Below, in pieces: positions 20,136-33,662 of a stretch of DNA of 64,000 nucleotides. Numbering within the stretch: position 1 is the stretch's first letter; each line of letters opens with the position of its first letter. This DNA comes from Podarcis cretensis. Its lineage: Eukaryota. The notes under the pieces are model-generated. The model worked only from the letters and a program-made list of their open reading frames with translations, was not told the DNA's origin and made no database searches. The stretch lies in NCBI GenBank assembly GCA_951804945.1, contig OX638150.1, positions 61,256,001 to 61,320,000 of the forward strand, given 5' to 3'. Both the position numbers and the translations under genes were made by a program.

Positions 20136-22753
20136 CACAAACAGTTAGTACCATAATCTGATTACTTGATGATCCTGCTGAGCGACTGGAGCTCAGTTTC
20201 CCCAAGGGATACAACGCATTTGAGAAACTGGGGCATGAACATATTTCATAACATGAATGCTTCTAAATGCAGACTGCTTTCATGCGTAATTGATAACATC
20301 TGGGGACTGCTTGCAACGTTTTCCATCTTTTTAAAACGTAACATATTTCTAAATGGTCTCCATTCAATGGTTTATATTTAATGGTGACAACTCTCTTCTA
20401 GGAACAGATATCAGGCATCACCAGTCACCACACACCCTTTCCTTACTACTCTTTCAGGTATAATCTTGTCTCAGGAACTTATACTGATATGGTTTTGTTC
20501 ATAAAATAGCACAAGATTTCCTACATAGATAGTTTGAGGATGAAAGCCTCTAAATCCTACTTTATGAGGTGCATCCAGATATAATTTGCCACGTGAAACA
20601 GAGCAATATCATAATATAAAGTGTGCTGTCCTACTTCTGATAATGTACAGGAAACATTTTCCCTACAGAATATATTTCACAGTAGTTTGCATCACAGTGA
20701 GTATTGTGTAATTTGAAAAAGGAATTCCTAATTTTTTTCAAAGTAGTCATATTAGCTTAAAAAGATTACACATAGGGTATACTGTACTTCCTATGATCAA
20801 GGGCCTCCATAACATTCTCAATTATAAAGTTAGAAGGTTCTAGAATCTCATCAGTGTTTTTTCAGTGCTCATTGATTCACTGGCCTTGCTGACAGCTTTT
20901 TTCACCTACACTGTACTGATTTGATGGCATATGAGAAGGGTATCAGGATGGCAAAGGCTGATCTAATGTCTAGCATATTCCTGGATTACTCAGCTATATG
21001 GCTGCCCTCACAGGAGATGATACAGAATCAATTTGCAGCATTGGCACAGCATGCATGCGCATGCTGAAGCCAAATGCCAGGCTTCTCCATTCCCTAGTAG
21101 CTGCAAAGGCTGTTCTCCATGGCAGCCACTTTGGGCATAACAGCAGGAGGATTCTGTACCTTGAATTCACTAGCCAATATTGAACCAGGCATGTCTTCAT
21201 GTGCCTCAGTGTTCTTCAGCTATGAAATGGGATCAATGTTCTCTGAATGGAATAAATGCAATATCATACCTATATGCATATTATATGTTTGACATTCTGT
21301 GTAGCCTTTGTCACCTGGAGGGACTCATGCTTAGTCTCATTTCCAGTTTCCTGCTTGTGCTGTATTTGAGTATGGATTACATTTATTGATTTTATTAATG
21401 ACAGCAAACCTTTTAAAAGCATAAGCAGCGGAGTTCCAGCAATAAATAATTGCCATTTAATAATGATAAAAGCTTGGGGAAATTTTTAAAACAGTTCTTT
21501 TGCCTATTTTTCACCTCTCCCACGAAAACATCCCTACTATGGATAAATAACTGTGACTATTACTATTCCAAAACTGCAATCCTTAAATACAAAAACTGTG
21601 ACATTAAAAAAAAAAGAATTTGGACTGCTCTTTCAACTTGCTTTGGTTTTTGCTACCACATTTTCAAGCAAATGTCTTTGTTCATGGAGGCTAGAAACTT
21701 ATTCTAAAACAGACGCAGAGATCCCCAGAATCCAAATGGAGCCTTTAGGTGAAGGGTTGACCCATAGGCTGGCTAGGTTTGGCCTGTCCATTTTATAATT
21801 TCCCATACCAGCATTCATTATTTTACTTGCTGTAAAATCTAAGCTGCTGTGATTAAGCTCCTGGTCCTATTTATCAGTTGATGCCTGCTCAATTTCACTA
21901 CTCTCAAGTTTAAAAACAATATTCTTTGAACTAATTTCCAGAACACTTCATTTCAGGCTTTTTGTTTTGTTTGTTTTTGTCTCTACCTCATACAAATGCA
22001 CAAGAAGACACTTAATAAAGTTGATTGCAAATCCCTGAGGAGTGGGGGGTGGGAAATAGAACAATGCTTTGCCTAGAAACAACAACAACAAAAAATGCAT
22101 CTCTTCAGTTCACTGGAGGTGGAAATCCTGTTGTGGACATGTATATATTACAGCTGAACTCAGTCCCACTCCATTAAAATTAAGTAGAAAGAAAATGAGT
22201 CAGAGGAAGGATGCCCATATGCTAGCTTGTATGACGTTAAGAAAGGTTTATTAAATTCTAACTTTTATAGTTTAATGAGGCAGTCTTCCATATGGATGAG
22301 GACCAAGAAAAGGAAAGATGAAACAAGTTCACTATCAATTTCCTCATTGCACTATGCTCTTTTTCTGCCTTTTTTAAAAAATATCTAATTCAGCTGAGAA
22401 TCATCTTAAATTTGGGCTTTGATTTTCTAATACATGCCAAGAATTTAAGGCACCAAATTTCCTCCTGAGTTATCATAGTCATCCTCTTCTTGCAATTAAT
22501 TTGTTTTCATTATAGACATCATTAGAGATCTTTGTAAGCTGACAATAAAAAAAAAAAGTGATGGAGGAAGAACAAAAGAGGAGATAGAGAAACCTAAGTG
22601 GAGTGGGATGAATATGATAAAGTGCTGCTGCACACACAATTTTTCATTTTTCACCTTGTTTCGTCTTCACATGCAAGTACATCTGTCTGTGCTTATCAAA
22701 GCCAGGCTCTAACATAAGCTTTAAAAATGTTCATAGTTAGAAACAGTGCTTAC

Positions 22754-22780
22754 TCTTGGGCCGATGTCTCCTTGATCCCC
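22754..22780 (-). CDS. COL23A1: COL23A1 exon, 27 nt, GDQGDIGPR
   Basis: ttttgcag|GGG...AGA|gtaagc. Confidence 0.93.
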
Positions 22781-23109
22781 CTGCAAAACAGAAAAGTCAT
22801 CATAATTCTTCTTTCCCCCATTTCATTTATTTGTTGTTTAAGAGTTGCTGTGATGAGAGAATTCATTTCTTCCACATACAATAGAAAAGGGTGACCAATT
22901 GAATGAAGGAAGTTTCCAAATTAACATTTGACCATGTGATGGACGTCCTTCACACATTTCATGCATGCAAAGGCCTCAGTCTTTCCATTTAAAGGACTGC
23001 CGATCTATACGCAAAAAAAATAGTTAGGGCACATGCAAGGAATTCCTGTGGGATTGTGGTATCAAGACAGGGCATGGATAAAATATCTGTGGAATTTTTT
23101 AAAAATTTG

Positions 23110-23960
23110 ATTTTTTTATTTCAGGAAACAAAACACATCCATACAAGGAAAACAGAGCTTAGTAGTTGTATAGAAAAGAAAGAAAAATAGGGGCTGATGG
23201 TTGTAGTTTTAGATGCTCCAAGAAAGGCAATCAAATGAAAAGTGTCTTTCCATGAGGTTCCATAAGTCAATAAAAGGATATCATGTTGTACAGAAGGTGT
23301 GAATCTCTCCCCCCCCCCACTGCCTGATTGATATTCCTTTTGTGAAATAATTAATTTGTCCATAAGCATGTTGTCCCACACTTGTGAAATCCAGGCTTCC
23401 AAAAGATTTGCATTTAAAGTTTTCCTATTATTCGCAGTCACTAATCTAGCTGCAGTTAGTAAGTGGAGGATGAGGTGTTTGCTGGTTATGTTCTTAAACT
23501 GAGGAGTAAAATAAGATAGTAGGGCTAATTTGAGGTCTAGTTGTAGCGATTGTTTCATCATTTGAGAATACATTTTGGGCAAAACCACCACATATGTAGC
23601 AGAGAGCCAGGCAAATTGCATTCCCTCCACCAAAGGTTGGATATGTAACAATTAATTCTATATAATTTGGCTGGGCAACGTGGTATCTTTAAAGCATTTT
23701 CTTGAGTTCTAATTGAGATGCATCCAAATGGGAGTTTATTTCCCATTTGTTTCCAGAGTTGTTCCTCTAATTCTTCTCCAAAATCTTTACCCCATTTTAT
23801 TCGTAATGAAGTGAGAGGAAGTGTAGCCAGCTGTGTGAGACTGTTATATAGCTGGGAGATGATTGCCCTTCCCAGTGGGTTGGTTGAGTTGAGTAGTTGC
23901 TCAAAACCATTGAAAGTGCTTGAACCCTTATATTTGGCTAATTTAGAAAACATATAATTT
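23110..23960 (-). mobile_element. Degenerate L1/Tx1-clade LINE 3' fragment
   Basis: Frameshifted ORF2 C-terminus with the zinc-knuckle-like motif WRECNLPGSLLHMWWFCPK; A-rich tail near 23110. Confidence 0.75.
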
Positions 23961-24093
23961 GGTGTATCTCTAACCAGTCACATGGTACACCTCCCAATAT
24001 AAAATTTATTTCTAGAGCTGTAAGGAGCTTTTGGTTCTGTGGAATCCTTGGATGGCAATCATGTCAAAATCAGAGGGTCCATGCAGCAACAGG

Positions 24094-24230
24094 CAGTGGC
24101 GTAGCGTGGGGGGTGCAGGGGGGGCCGGCCGCACCGGGCGCAACATCTGGGGGTTAGGGTTAGGGATAGGGTTAGGGGGCGCAAATTACTTGCCTTGCCC
24201 CAGGTGCTGACAACCCACGCTACGCCACTG
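24094..24230. mobile_element. 137-bp hAT-type MITE with internal telomeric repeats
   Basis: Perfect 17-bp TIR CAGTGGCGTAGCGTGGG; perfect 8-bp TSD GCAACAGG (24086-24093 and 24231-24238). Confidence 0.9.
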
Positions 24231-24589
24231 GCAACAGGTAACCTGTGGCCCTCCTGATGTCATTGGGCTCCACCCACCCCAACCAGCAGGGCCAAGGGTG
24301 TGGAGACGTGGTCTGGAAGGCCACAAATTACCCATCCTTCCCTAATGGAACACAAAAGAAATATGTCCTAGTGGGAATTCCCAGTGGCAACTGGGACTAC
24401 AGATTCTGATACAGAAGCCTTGTGTATGGAAAAGCAAATTCCTGACAGTGGACACAGGAAACAATATGACCCAAAGGCCAAACAGGAAGATGATTAAAAA
24501 AAAGAAAGAATTGAGACACAACTCTTATTAGAATGCTTAGGAACCTACTTAAGAAATTTTAAGGCAATGTTCTGAATGGCCAATCTTAC

Positions 24590-24616
24590 CTTTTCCCCTT
24601 TGGCTCCTGGAGGCCC
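24590..24616 (-). CDS. COL23A1: COL23A1 exon, 27 nt, GPPGAKGEK
   Basis: ctctacag|GGG...AAG|gtaaga. Confidence 0.93.
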
Positions 24617-25242
24617 CTGTAGAGGTCAACAAGAGGATAGTAAAGTAGCTGATTAATCTACAGTTCCGCCCCCCCCCCCAAACTTTTACTAAAACAAATT
24701 ATTTCAAGGAGAAAGAGGGGCCATTTACCTCTAATGTAGGGATGAGGAACATCCCTGATTTAACCTTTCCCCTGTCTTTATTTGTGGATATTTATGCTAG
24801 ACCCTTTCTCCTGACTTCTATATATTTATGTATGTGAAATATTTTTCCCCTCTATAGAGATGCATTTAATCATGTGAACAATCTGAAGTGGTGCAGCCGA
24901 GACCTTGGTTGACTAACTCACTGACTGAGAGCTAGACCATATTTGGGGCCCACAGAGCAGCTGTGACTCTCAGGTGATGGTTTTTATTCTTGCTTTATTA
25001 GAACGTAAATATTTTATTCTTCAGTAAAGCTTTCTCAGAATATTCACTTTCTCAGAATACTTTCATGAGCTCTGGGCCCATTAGTACAACCCAACTAGGT
25101 TCACACAGTTAAATCAGTGGATTTTAGATACCATGGAGCAGTGCCAAGCAGCTTCTCTCCTCCTTATGCTTTTGCATATAGCTGAATACTGACACTTTTA
25201 ATTCATCCACAGTGTGTGTGTGTTACTCAGAGCATAACTTAC

Positions 25243-25269
25243 TGGTTTGCCATCCAGTCCAAGAGGCCC
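25243..25269 (-). CDS. COL23A1: COL23A1 exon, 27 nt, GPLGLDGKP
   Basis: ttttgtcttag|GGG...CCA|gtaagt; same peptide as recalled for human. Confidence 0.95.
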
Positions 25270-27354
25270 CTAAGACAAAAGAAGACAACAACGTGTTATA
25301 AAGCAATATTATTTTTGTAGCACAGTAAATCCTGCCTTCCCACCTCAGAGGCTTTTCCCACGTGATCAGTGAAAAGCATGTCCTGAGGGCATCACAGTCT
25401 TTGCACAATAATTCTGAAAAAGCTCCTTTACAGGCTAATAATACAAGTGCAAGACTGGCGTATAGGGCCTTCAGTGTGGTACTACCCATCCTTTAGAATT
25501 CTCTTCCATTGCATATCAGATAGGCACTTTCTCTGTTGGCTTTTTGGTGCCTGCTAAAGACATTCCTCTTCCAGCAAGCCTTCTAAAACTTTGATCCCAA
25601 GTTGGTTTCTGTCCTGCATCTGAACTGATTTCATGTATCTGCTGTTTATATTTTAAACTGTTTTTTATATTTATAGGTGGTTTTTTTTAATTAAAAATGT
25701 TATTATATGCAATTGTTTTCAACTGTTTTTATATATGTAACTGTTTTATATATGTTTTATATTGTAAAGTGCTTCAAGATGCCTCATGAGAAACAATTCT
25801 TAAATTAAATCATCATCAATGCTTTTGATGTGTCAGTACTCACTAGTAGAGAATACCAGCACCTCTTTTTTAGTTTAGTTTTTTCTGTCCATAGCAGCCA
25901 TGATGTCCTGGCACCCATGACACTTCATTCAAGATAAAAGAGTGCCAGCAACTCATTGATTTATTTGTGTGTTTTTTTACCAAAAAGTACTGATAATATT
26001 GGTGCAGAACTAGCAAGACATGGCTCCTTTGGCAAGAAGGGGAGGATAGAAATTTAATAAATACAAGAGACATGGAAAGGAGTAGCCTCATTGTGTGGGA
26101 GTGTATAGCTGTGCTCCCCCCTTACAAGTATTTATTAACACATCATCACAGGAGGGCAGAGCAAATTATGACAAACAAAGCCAAATGAGAAATTCAACAG
26201 CAATGGTGTTTATGTTTTTTGTTTTTTTTAATGGATGCACCTCACCATTACCATTTTGAACGAGTACTCCTGCACAGGGTAGGGGGAATTTAAAGAAAGA
26301 TAATGGGATAGAAATTAATGAAATGATGTAAGTGTAGAATGAGGAAGGCTGTGCCACTAATCAAGTCACATGCAATACTTATTAGGTGCCTGATGTACAT
26401 TCCAAACAATAAACATAATACATACGGACATACTATTTCCTTTGGGCAAATAATATTGCAAATTTGAATACTGTACTGTGTAATTGTGATATCCTCAGGA
26501 CAGTAGTACAAACTTCAGAGACAATTTGTTGACTTTGTACACTGTTAATTGAACAAAACTGATCATATGGGAAAACCCTAGACATTTCGAAAGGTGTTTA
26601 ATTATTGAGCAATATTTTGGTTGGTTGTTTTCGAGGCACCACATCCTTTTCTAATTCTTTGTAAAATGGAAACCAGTTGGCCTTGTCATGCAAGAGTTGG
26701 TACCCACCCTTTAATGTGCTACTTTATTTGGAGGTTGTCCCTCACTGCATCTGCTTACTAATTTTAAAAATGATTAATTACTAGCAGTGGTAAAAGCAGG
26801 GTTGCCATATTTCCCAGAAATCCAAGTATTATCTGGATTAAAGAAACTGCAGATGGTGCCTGGGTAAGGCATCACCTGGTTTAGATTCTAAGCTTTTATG
26901 TGAAAAAGAACATTTCAAGTTGCAGAGAAAAACAGGAAAATGTGCCAATCACCTGGTACTTAGTAAAAAAGTTGTTTCTCCTCCCAAAGTTGTTTCTTTG
27001 TTCTAGGCAATGATGCTTAACCACTTAGCCACTCCTAACCATCACATGTGAATGGAAAAGAGTGGCTAAGTGGACCAAATGGTTACCTAAACACTTGAAG
27101 GACAGAGCTTAACATTTGCTGAACTCCTCTCCACTCCTCTAACTTCTTTCTAACAGGGAAGGTAGTGCTTGTTGGTGAAAAGGTTCTGCCTCTTTTTATT
27201 TGCCACTCTGGGTGATGATGGGGACTGCTACTGCTGCATTTCTCTTTTCTGCTTGTCTGCTTGTGTATGCATGGACTCTTAAATTAAAATCAATTATATA
27301 AAAAAAGAAGCTGTGTGATATCAATGAGCAGATCAAAAAACCATTATCAAAGTA

Positions 27355-27610
27355 TCATAGAATTTGTAGAGCTCAAATGGTGATCTAGTCTAACCCCTGC
27401 AATGCAGGAATCATAGCTAAAGAATCTCTGACAGGTGGCCATATAAAAAGGGTTTTAAAAACTGCATTGAAGTTCACCACCTTCTTAGGTTGTCCACTAT
27501 TGAACAGCTCTTTCCATCCGAAAGTTCTTCCTAACGTTTAGTTGGAATCTGCTTTCTTGTCATTTGAATCTACTGGTTTGGGTCCTGCTCTTTAGAGCAA
27601 ACAGAAAACA
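27355..27610 (-). mobile_element. CR1 LINE 3' UTR fragment
   Basis: Begins atcatagaat...tctagtctaacccctgcaatgcagg, the reverse complement of a CR1-type tail. Confidence 0.6.
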
Positions 27611-28065
27611 AGCCTGCTTAAGGGCACCCAATAAGTAGTGACAGAGTGGGTAAAAGAGCTGAGCTAATATGTCAATTCTTTCTTCCCTGGCATTGTAATC
27701 GCCAAACACCCACAAGCCCTTCCATGGGTTCTTTTGTCACTACTCAGTTTCTTGGCAACTAGTAGAGAGATCACACAAATGAGATAAGATTGTCCAGCTA
27801 TGTCCAATTTGTATAATAATTTGCTGTTCAGTTTTCTGGGGCTGTGATATGGCAACCCTACGTAGGTTTTTAAAAAAAAGCTATTTCTTTATACAAATAT
27901 AATGACAGTAAGAACCAGCAATCATCACATATGATATATTAAGAGCGTCAAAGGAAATGGAAAAAATATTGATTTGTAGCAAGGTGAAAGAAGTGGGGAG
28001 GGATGATAGCAAAAGAAGTGGCCCTGAAATTCCTAAATATTTTCTAAGAGAAGTAACAACAAGAG

Positions 28066-28201
28066 CAGACTTCTTCAAACTTGGCCCTCCAGATGTTTTT
28101 GGCCTACAACTCCCATGATCCCTAGGTAGCAGGACCAGTGGTCAGGGATGATGGGAACTGTAGTCTCAAAACATCTGGAGGGCTGAGTTTGAGGAAGCCT
28201 G
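28066..28201. mobile_element. Palindromic hAT-type MITE
   Basis: Long inverted arms (ccctccagatgttt / aaacatctggaggg); near-perfect 8-bp TSD aacaagag/accaagag. Confidence 0.75.
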
Positions 28202-31200
28202 ACCAAGAGCATTAGAACTGCATGCTTGATCAAATCTCCCTGACTGCACAGAAGATTAGATTGCCTTTAAGGATAAACCCTCTCACTGCTGCTTATTGAA
28301 TAAAATAAAGTATAAAAGCAACAGCAATGAATAATAAACAGCAGTAATCATAATAAAAGAAACATCTGGTTGAAAATTATTAAAATCCAATACACAAATG
28401 CTACTAAAAGCAATCAGCACTCCAATACAACAACAACCAGAAAAAGCCAAGCAAAGCAAATGGGTCCTTAGGTTTTTTGCTAAAGTCCTGTAATGACTGG
28501 GCCTGGCAGACCCCACATGGTAATGAGGTATGGCAACCAGAAGGTACTTTGGCAATTGTAAGGGTCGCACCAAAGTGCCTCTGCTGTGGTGTGCCCTTTT
28601 TAAAATCGTCAGGTACCTTCCCAGAAGGTACTTTGGAGATTGTAAGGGATGCACCAAAGCACCTCTGGAAGACTGTGACTGCAGCCGAGGAAGCAGCAGC
28701 AATCGAGGAGGAAGCAGCAAAGGTGTGGGGCAGGGGAGGGGGGAGAGTGAGCGAGCAGGCAGGGGACAAGTGGTGGCAGCAAGATGGTGGTGGAGGAAAA
28801 AGAGGTGGCGCACGCTGTACTGACCCAAAAAACACAATGCTGATTTGAAACTTGAGTCCCTGAATATGATGGTAAGTAAACATGCATACAATTGGGCGGA
28901 ACACTAACTCATTTAATTACCAATTTCAAAAGGGATTTTAGAAATACTGTGATTTATGCAGCGTGTACAGTGTGCACATTCATCTCCTGCAGTTTAGTAT
29001 CCAAGTAATAAAAGTATAAACCAAGCCTATATATAGCCACCCTTGTATAGGGCCTTCATAAAACATCAAAATAAAGTTTCAGTCATCTGTCAGTGCCAGG
29101 CCACGTCTGTATCCTAAGTGGCTGCATATGGGAGGCAGACAGCTGAAAAGTCAAGTCACTCCACCACTGAGTGTCCACACTGAATGTCCTCAAACAATTT
29201 GGCAATTGCTCTGATAATTTTTCATACTGCCATTTTGTATGGTGAAGTTAAATTGGGAGAAATCATTTGGCAGAGTAATATGGTGAGGGACACACTGACA
29301 TCATTCTTGCTTAAATGCAGACCTTTATTGCTATAATCAGTCCCACAACATCCATCTGCAGTACAGATGGAAGCAGATCTTTTCCTGAGTTTTACTATGG
29401 ACAGCAAGGACCAGATATACCCAGAGTGGATCCAGTGAGGATCCTACTTCAGAATTTGATTATTTTAGGGTGAATTCAGGGTTCACTGGAGCCGTGTGGC
29501 AGCCACTTAAGTCTACCTTGTGTTGCTGCCTATACACAGAGGGGTGATGAAGTTGTTTGTAGCCTTTGATCATATCGTTAAGCCCAACAGTACCCTCCCT
29601 CTGAAGCTTTCTCTATATCTGGAGCCTTGGGTGATTGCTGGTTTTGGGCTTCACTGCATAATCAAACCACTGCCGCCCTATGTGATACAACCACTAACTA
29701 TGTAATAAGCTTTAAGCAAAGACCTGTAGTTCCTAGTTATCTGAATCTAGCAGTTCCAGATCCGGAGCAAACCTGGCCCTCCTCTCATCTGATCAACACA
29801 TAAAGTTGTCCCAGCAAGTTCTATACCCAGATCACCTCACATCACACTAAAATATGGGCAGAAGACAAATGCCCTCAGCCACCACACCGCTGCAACATTT
29901 TGCCAATAGAGGAGGCAAGTACAACCTTCAGGTCCTTGAGGCAGCAATCTCAAAATGACATTTCTCTTACAGTGCCTTTTAAGCATTCCAAAGCTCTGCA
30001 GCTATTTTCTGCAGAGGTAAGGTTATGCTGTAAAGTCTTGAACTGGAAATCTATCTTTAAACTGGCCACAAGTACAAGTATTGGACATACATTTTGGGTT
30101 TATTTTATTTTACACAGTGATACTTCAAATGAGTAAGTACTCTAATAGGAAAAATTATTTGATAAGACCAGAAGGAGTTGTGCAGGGTCTGCCTAAATAT
30201 CCATGTTGCTCAGTATCCTGTTTTGGACAGAGGCCAACAAAAAATGCTTCAGTTGCTGCATGGGAAATCAGGCTATTAATCTCCTTTGCTCAGTTGCAGT
30301 CAGTACTGTCATTCTAGTTTTATGCTCAACTATAATTTTGGTCCTTGCACATCTTTGACTTATACTTTTCTCCTCTGCAAATACTCGCATACAAAGATGG
30401 ACACATAGAATGCACCAGTCTTTTTATTAACAGCATGCTCATCCAGCCACACATATTCTATAGCAGACTGGTCAGTCAATAGCTATTTGAAATTGTGCTC
30501 CTCCATTGAGTGTAGCCAAGCTAAGAGAATAGCAATTCTAAATTGCATGGGTTTTTTAAAGCACCCCATGCGGGCAACAGTACCCTTTACAATAAGGAAA
30601 TCCCAGATAATAATTGCATCATATAAGCTACTCCTCAGACTTGTTGAGGCCCCTGCTTTATATAACCTTCTACACAGCTATTTAAGTTTTAGGAAAAGTG
30701 GAAGAACAAGCTGACGTTCCATGGCCATATTATGGCAGCATCTTGGCTGATAGCAATAGGCAGACTCAGATCTTGGATTTAGTAGAATATACCATGTGAT
30801 GTGAATTTCATTTGTGTGTGTGTGAAGATCACTTCTGTAATGCTTAGCAAATCTAAGCACATCGTGTAAGAAATCCAAATACATGGATCTATTATAACCA
30901 CTGCACTTTGCATATCAATCCAAACTAGGAAGCAGATGATCATCTCACATGCATCATTTGGCCTCATGTGTTCTCATCTTCCTCTCTAGTGCCAAGCCCA
31001 TCACTACACAGTACAAATTAGGAACACTGCAGCCACAAAGTAAGACCCTAGAACAGATATGCTTTTCTAACTCATATTTGCACATAAAAGTTGCCACATG
31101 TTACACACATTACATCTTCCTCTAAATCTATACATACATAGTGGGTGTTCATTACCAGCATAAATCTGAAATAACCACAAATGCAATCATGGAGTTTGGA

Positions 31201-31728
31201 CTTCCACCTCAAAAACAAAATCTGAACATTACTCTGTGCTTTAGCATAAAATTCACAGGGCAACCAGCTCAGTCAAACAGTCTGAAACGATGCATGCTGG
31301 GGGTGTAGGCAGAATCTATGAAAAGCATTAGTGCTAAGAATATGCATTGAATTCTCTGCTGTCAACTTTCTCTCCACTTTTTGTGATTCAAAATAACCAG
31401 AACTTCTGACTGGAGCAGTCCTGATGAATGTCAGAATTCTCAGTTGTTCCAGCATTTTACTTCAGGAATTCATGTGCTTTCAGAAAGGCAACCTTAAACC
31501 TTTAAGCTTAGGGTCTAGGGATTTTTTTTTTTTAAAAAAAAAAGGTTACAGGAAAGCAAGGCCCTAAAAAAATCACAAAAGAAATAAACACACATACGGT
31601 ATTTTAAAACTCCTATTGGAGTGCTTGTTTACTCCTTTAAAAATACCCTTGTTGAAAATAAAATTACTCCTTTGAGCTATTTCTTCTTTTTTATGGAGCT
31701 GAAAGGAATAAACTTTCCCCTTTCTAGA

Positions 31729-31770
<42 letters not shown>

Positions 31771-32599
31771 TGTGTTTGAGAGGGGGAAGAGAAAGAGAGA
31801 ATCAACACTGCAAAATATTCATTTCTTTCCAGAACAATCCAAACAGAATTGAATTTCAGAATAATAACAGTGCAGAACTGAGGAAATCTGTTCATACCTG
31901 CTTATTTGATTTATCATTTGCACATATAGATCCACCATTCTTCATTAACAAATTATACTGTTTACAAGAATTACTAAGCATTGTCGCATGATGGTCTGGA
32001 GTTTGTACAATGAAGCTGTATGAAAAAGAGTGGTGGGACAGCTGTCAAGAGCTAGCTTTGTTGCTTACAACAGAACAAGAACATTGGAACCTGCAGCTCT
32101 CTATATGGGGAAAAGCAAGTTTGCATTGTACGTGGAAGCAGGGCTTTTTGTTTCAAAAAAGCATGATTAGTTGCAAATTAGATAATCAGTAAACAAGTGT
32201 TGTATCCAAACAGTAGGCCTCCTGTTAATGCAAGGAATTCCTCCTACAGAATGGTACATCCTATTCTGCCCGCCAACCCTCCACATCTCCCCAAATCTGC
32301 CCCAGAGCATGAATGAACCCCAAGAATGTTAGTTATATGGGATTTACCCTCAAGTATGTTGGGATTGCATGTTTGCAGTCTAACAATTTTTAAACAGTAG
32401 GTAAACTTTGAAGTAACTTAGTTAACAGTAGGAAAAAACAGTTAATCTGTTGGTAAAAGTGGTAACTCAAATTATATTAATAGAGGTTTTCATCTTCTCC
32501 TCTCATCATCAAGCCATTGTTCATTTTCCTGTACTGCTCTGAGGCTGCATGCAGAAAGATCTTTTGCTCCCACAGCTTCTTACTTTGAACTCAAAGTAT

Positions 32600-33580
32600 T
32601 GTTATGAGTTCAAGGGTGCCAGACTCCCTTAAATTCCTGCACCCAGTAAGTGTTAGAATTTAATCAAGCCTCCTGAATTCTTGGATCCAGCAGGGGGTTA
32701 AAATATAAGCCAAGCTAGCTTCCCCATGGGGTAATCACCTGACCAACGGGCAATTAAGAGAACAAAGGGGAGGTGATGAGCCATTAAGGAACCAAGGAAA
32801 AGGGGCTCTGTGCCAGACAGCAAGTGGGCGGTGCCCCTCCTCCTTCTCTTAGTTAGACAAAGCAGGAGTTTGGAGGACAGAGTTGGCTGTGATGTGAACT
32901 AGAGGAAGAAGATGCAGGCTGGAAAGGCTGAGAAAAAGCCATGGCTGATTTTCTGCTTGAATCTAAGACTGCGGCTATGGGAGAAACAAGACCCTTTGGG
33001 GTGTTAATGCTGTGAACCCCTCCATCATAGCCTCAGGTTGTATATATTTGCAAATAAACCAACTATCATAAAGAAGGCTGATCGCCGAAGAATTGATGCT
33101 TTTGAATTATGGTGCTGGAGGAGACTCTTGAGAGTCCCATGGACTGCAAGAAGATCAAACCGATCCATTCTTAAGGAAATCAGCCCTGAGTGCTCACTGG
33201 AAGAACAGATCCTGAAGCTGAGGCTCCAATACTTTGGCCACCTCATGAGAAGAGAAGACTCCCTGGAAAAGAGCCTGATGTTGGGAAAGATTGAGGGCAC
33301 AAGAAGAAGGGGACGGCAGAGGACGAGATGGTTGGATAGTGTTCTCGAAGCTACCAGCATGAGTTTGACCAAACTGCGGGAGGCAGTGGAAGACAGAAGG
33401 GCCTGGCGTGCTCTGGTCCATGGGGTCACGAAGAGTCGGACACGACTAAACGACTAAACAACAACAAATCATAAGGACACCACGGTCTTTGTGCCTCATT
33501 GCTGAAAGGAAACATGGACTCTCGGTGAGTGCCTGGAACCCCTGGAATCTCGTATTGCTCAGAGATTGGAGTGGCATGCT
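32600..33580 (+). mobile_element. Probable solo LTR interrupted by a Bov-B fragment
   Basis: Starts TGTTATG, has AATAAA just before the insertion, and appears to resume after it; boundaries uncertain. Confidence 0.4.
33068..33467 (+). mobile_element. 5'-truncated Bov-B (RTE) LINE
   Basis: Open frame IKKADRRRIDAFELWCWRRLLRVPWTARRSN...HGVTKSRTRLND typical of the Bov-B C-terminus; (CAA)n tail. Confidence 0.92.
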
Positions 33581-33662
33581 CATAGAATCATAGAATAATA
33601 GAATCATAGAATCATAGAGTTGGAAGAGACCACAAGGGTCATCGAGTCCAACCCCCTGCCAA
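33581..33662 (-). mobile_element. CR1-type 3' tail fragment
   Basis: (CATAGAAT)n followed by gttggaagagaccacaagggtcatcgagtccaacccc. Confidence 0.75.

Noticed and set aside
28283-28904. Five overlapping ORFs of up to 202 aa
   Set aside because: GC-rich, low-complexity sequence with an internal direct duplication (about 28537 and 28621); no recognisable protein; probably the interior of a repeat.
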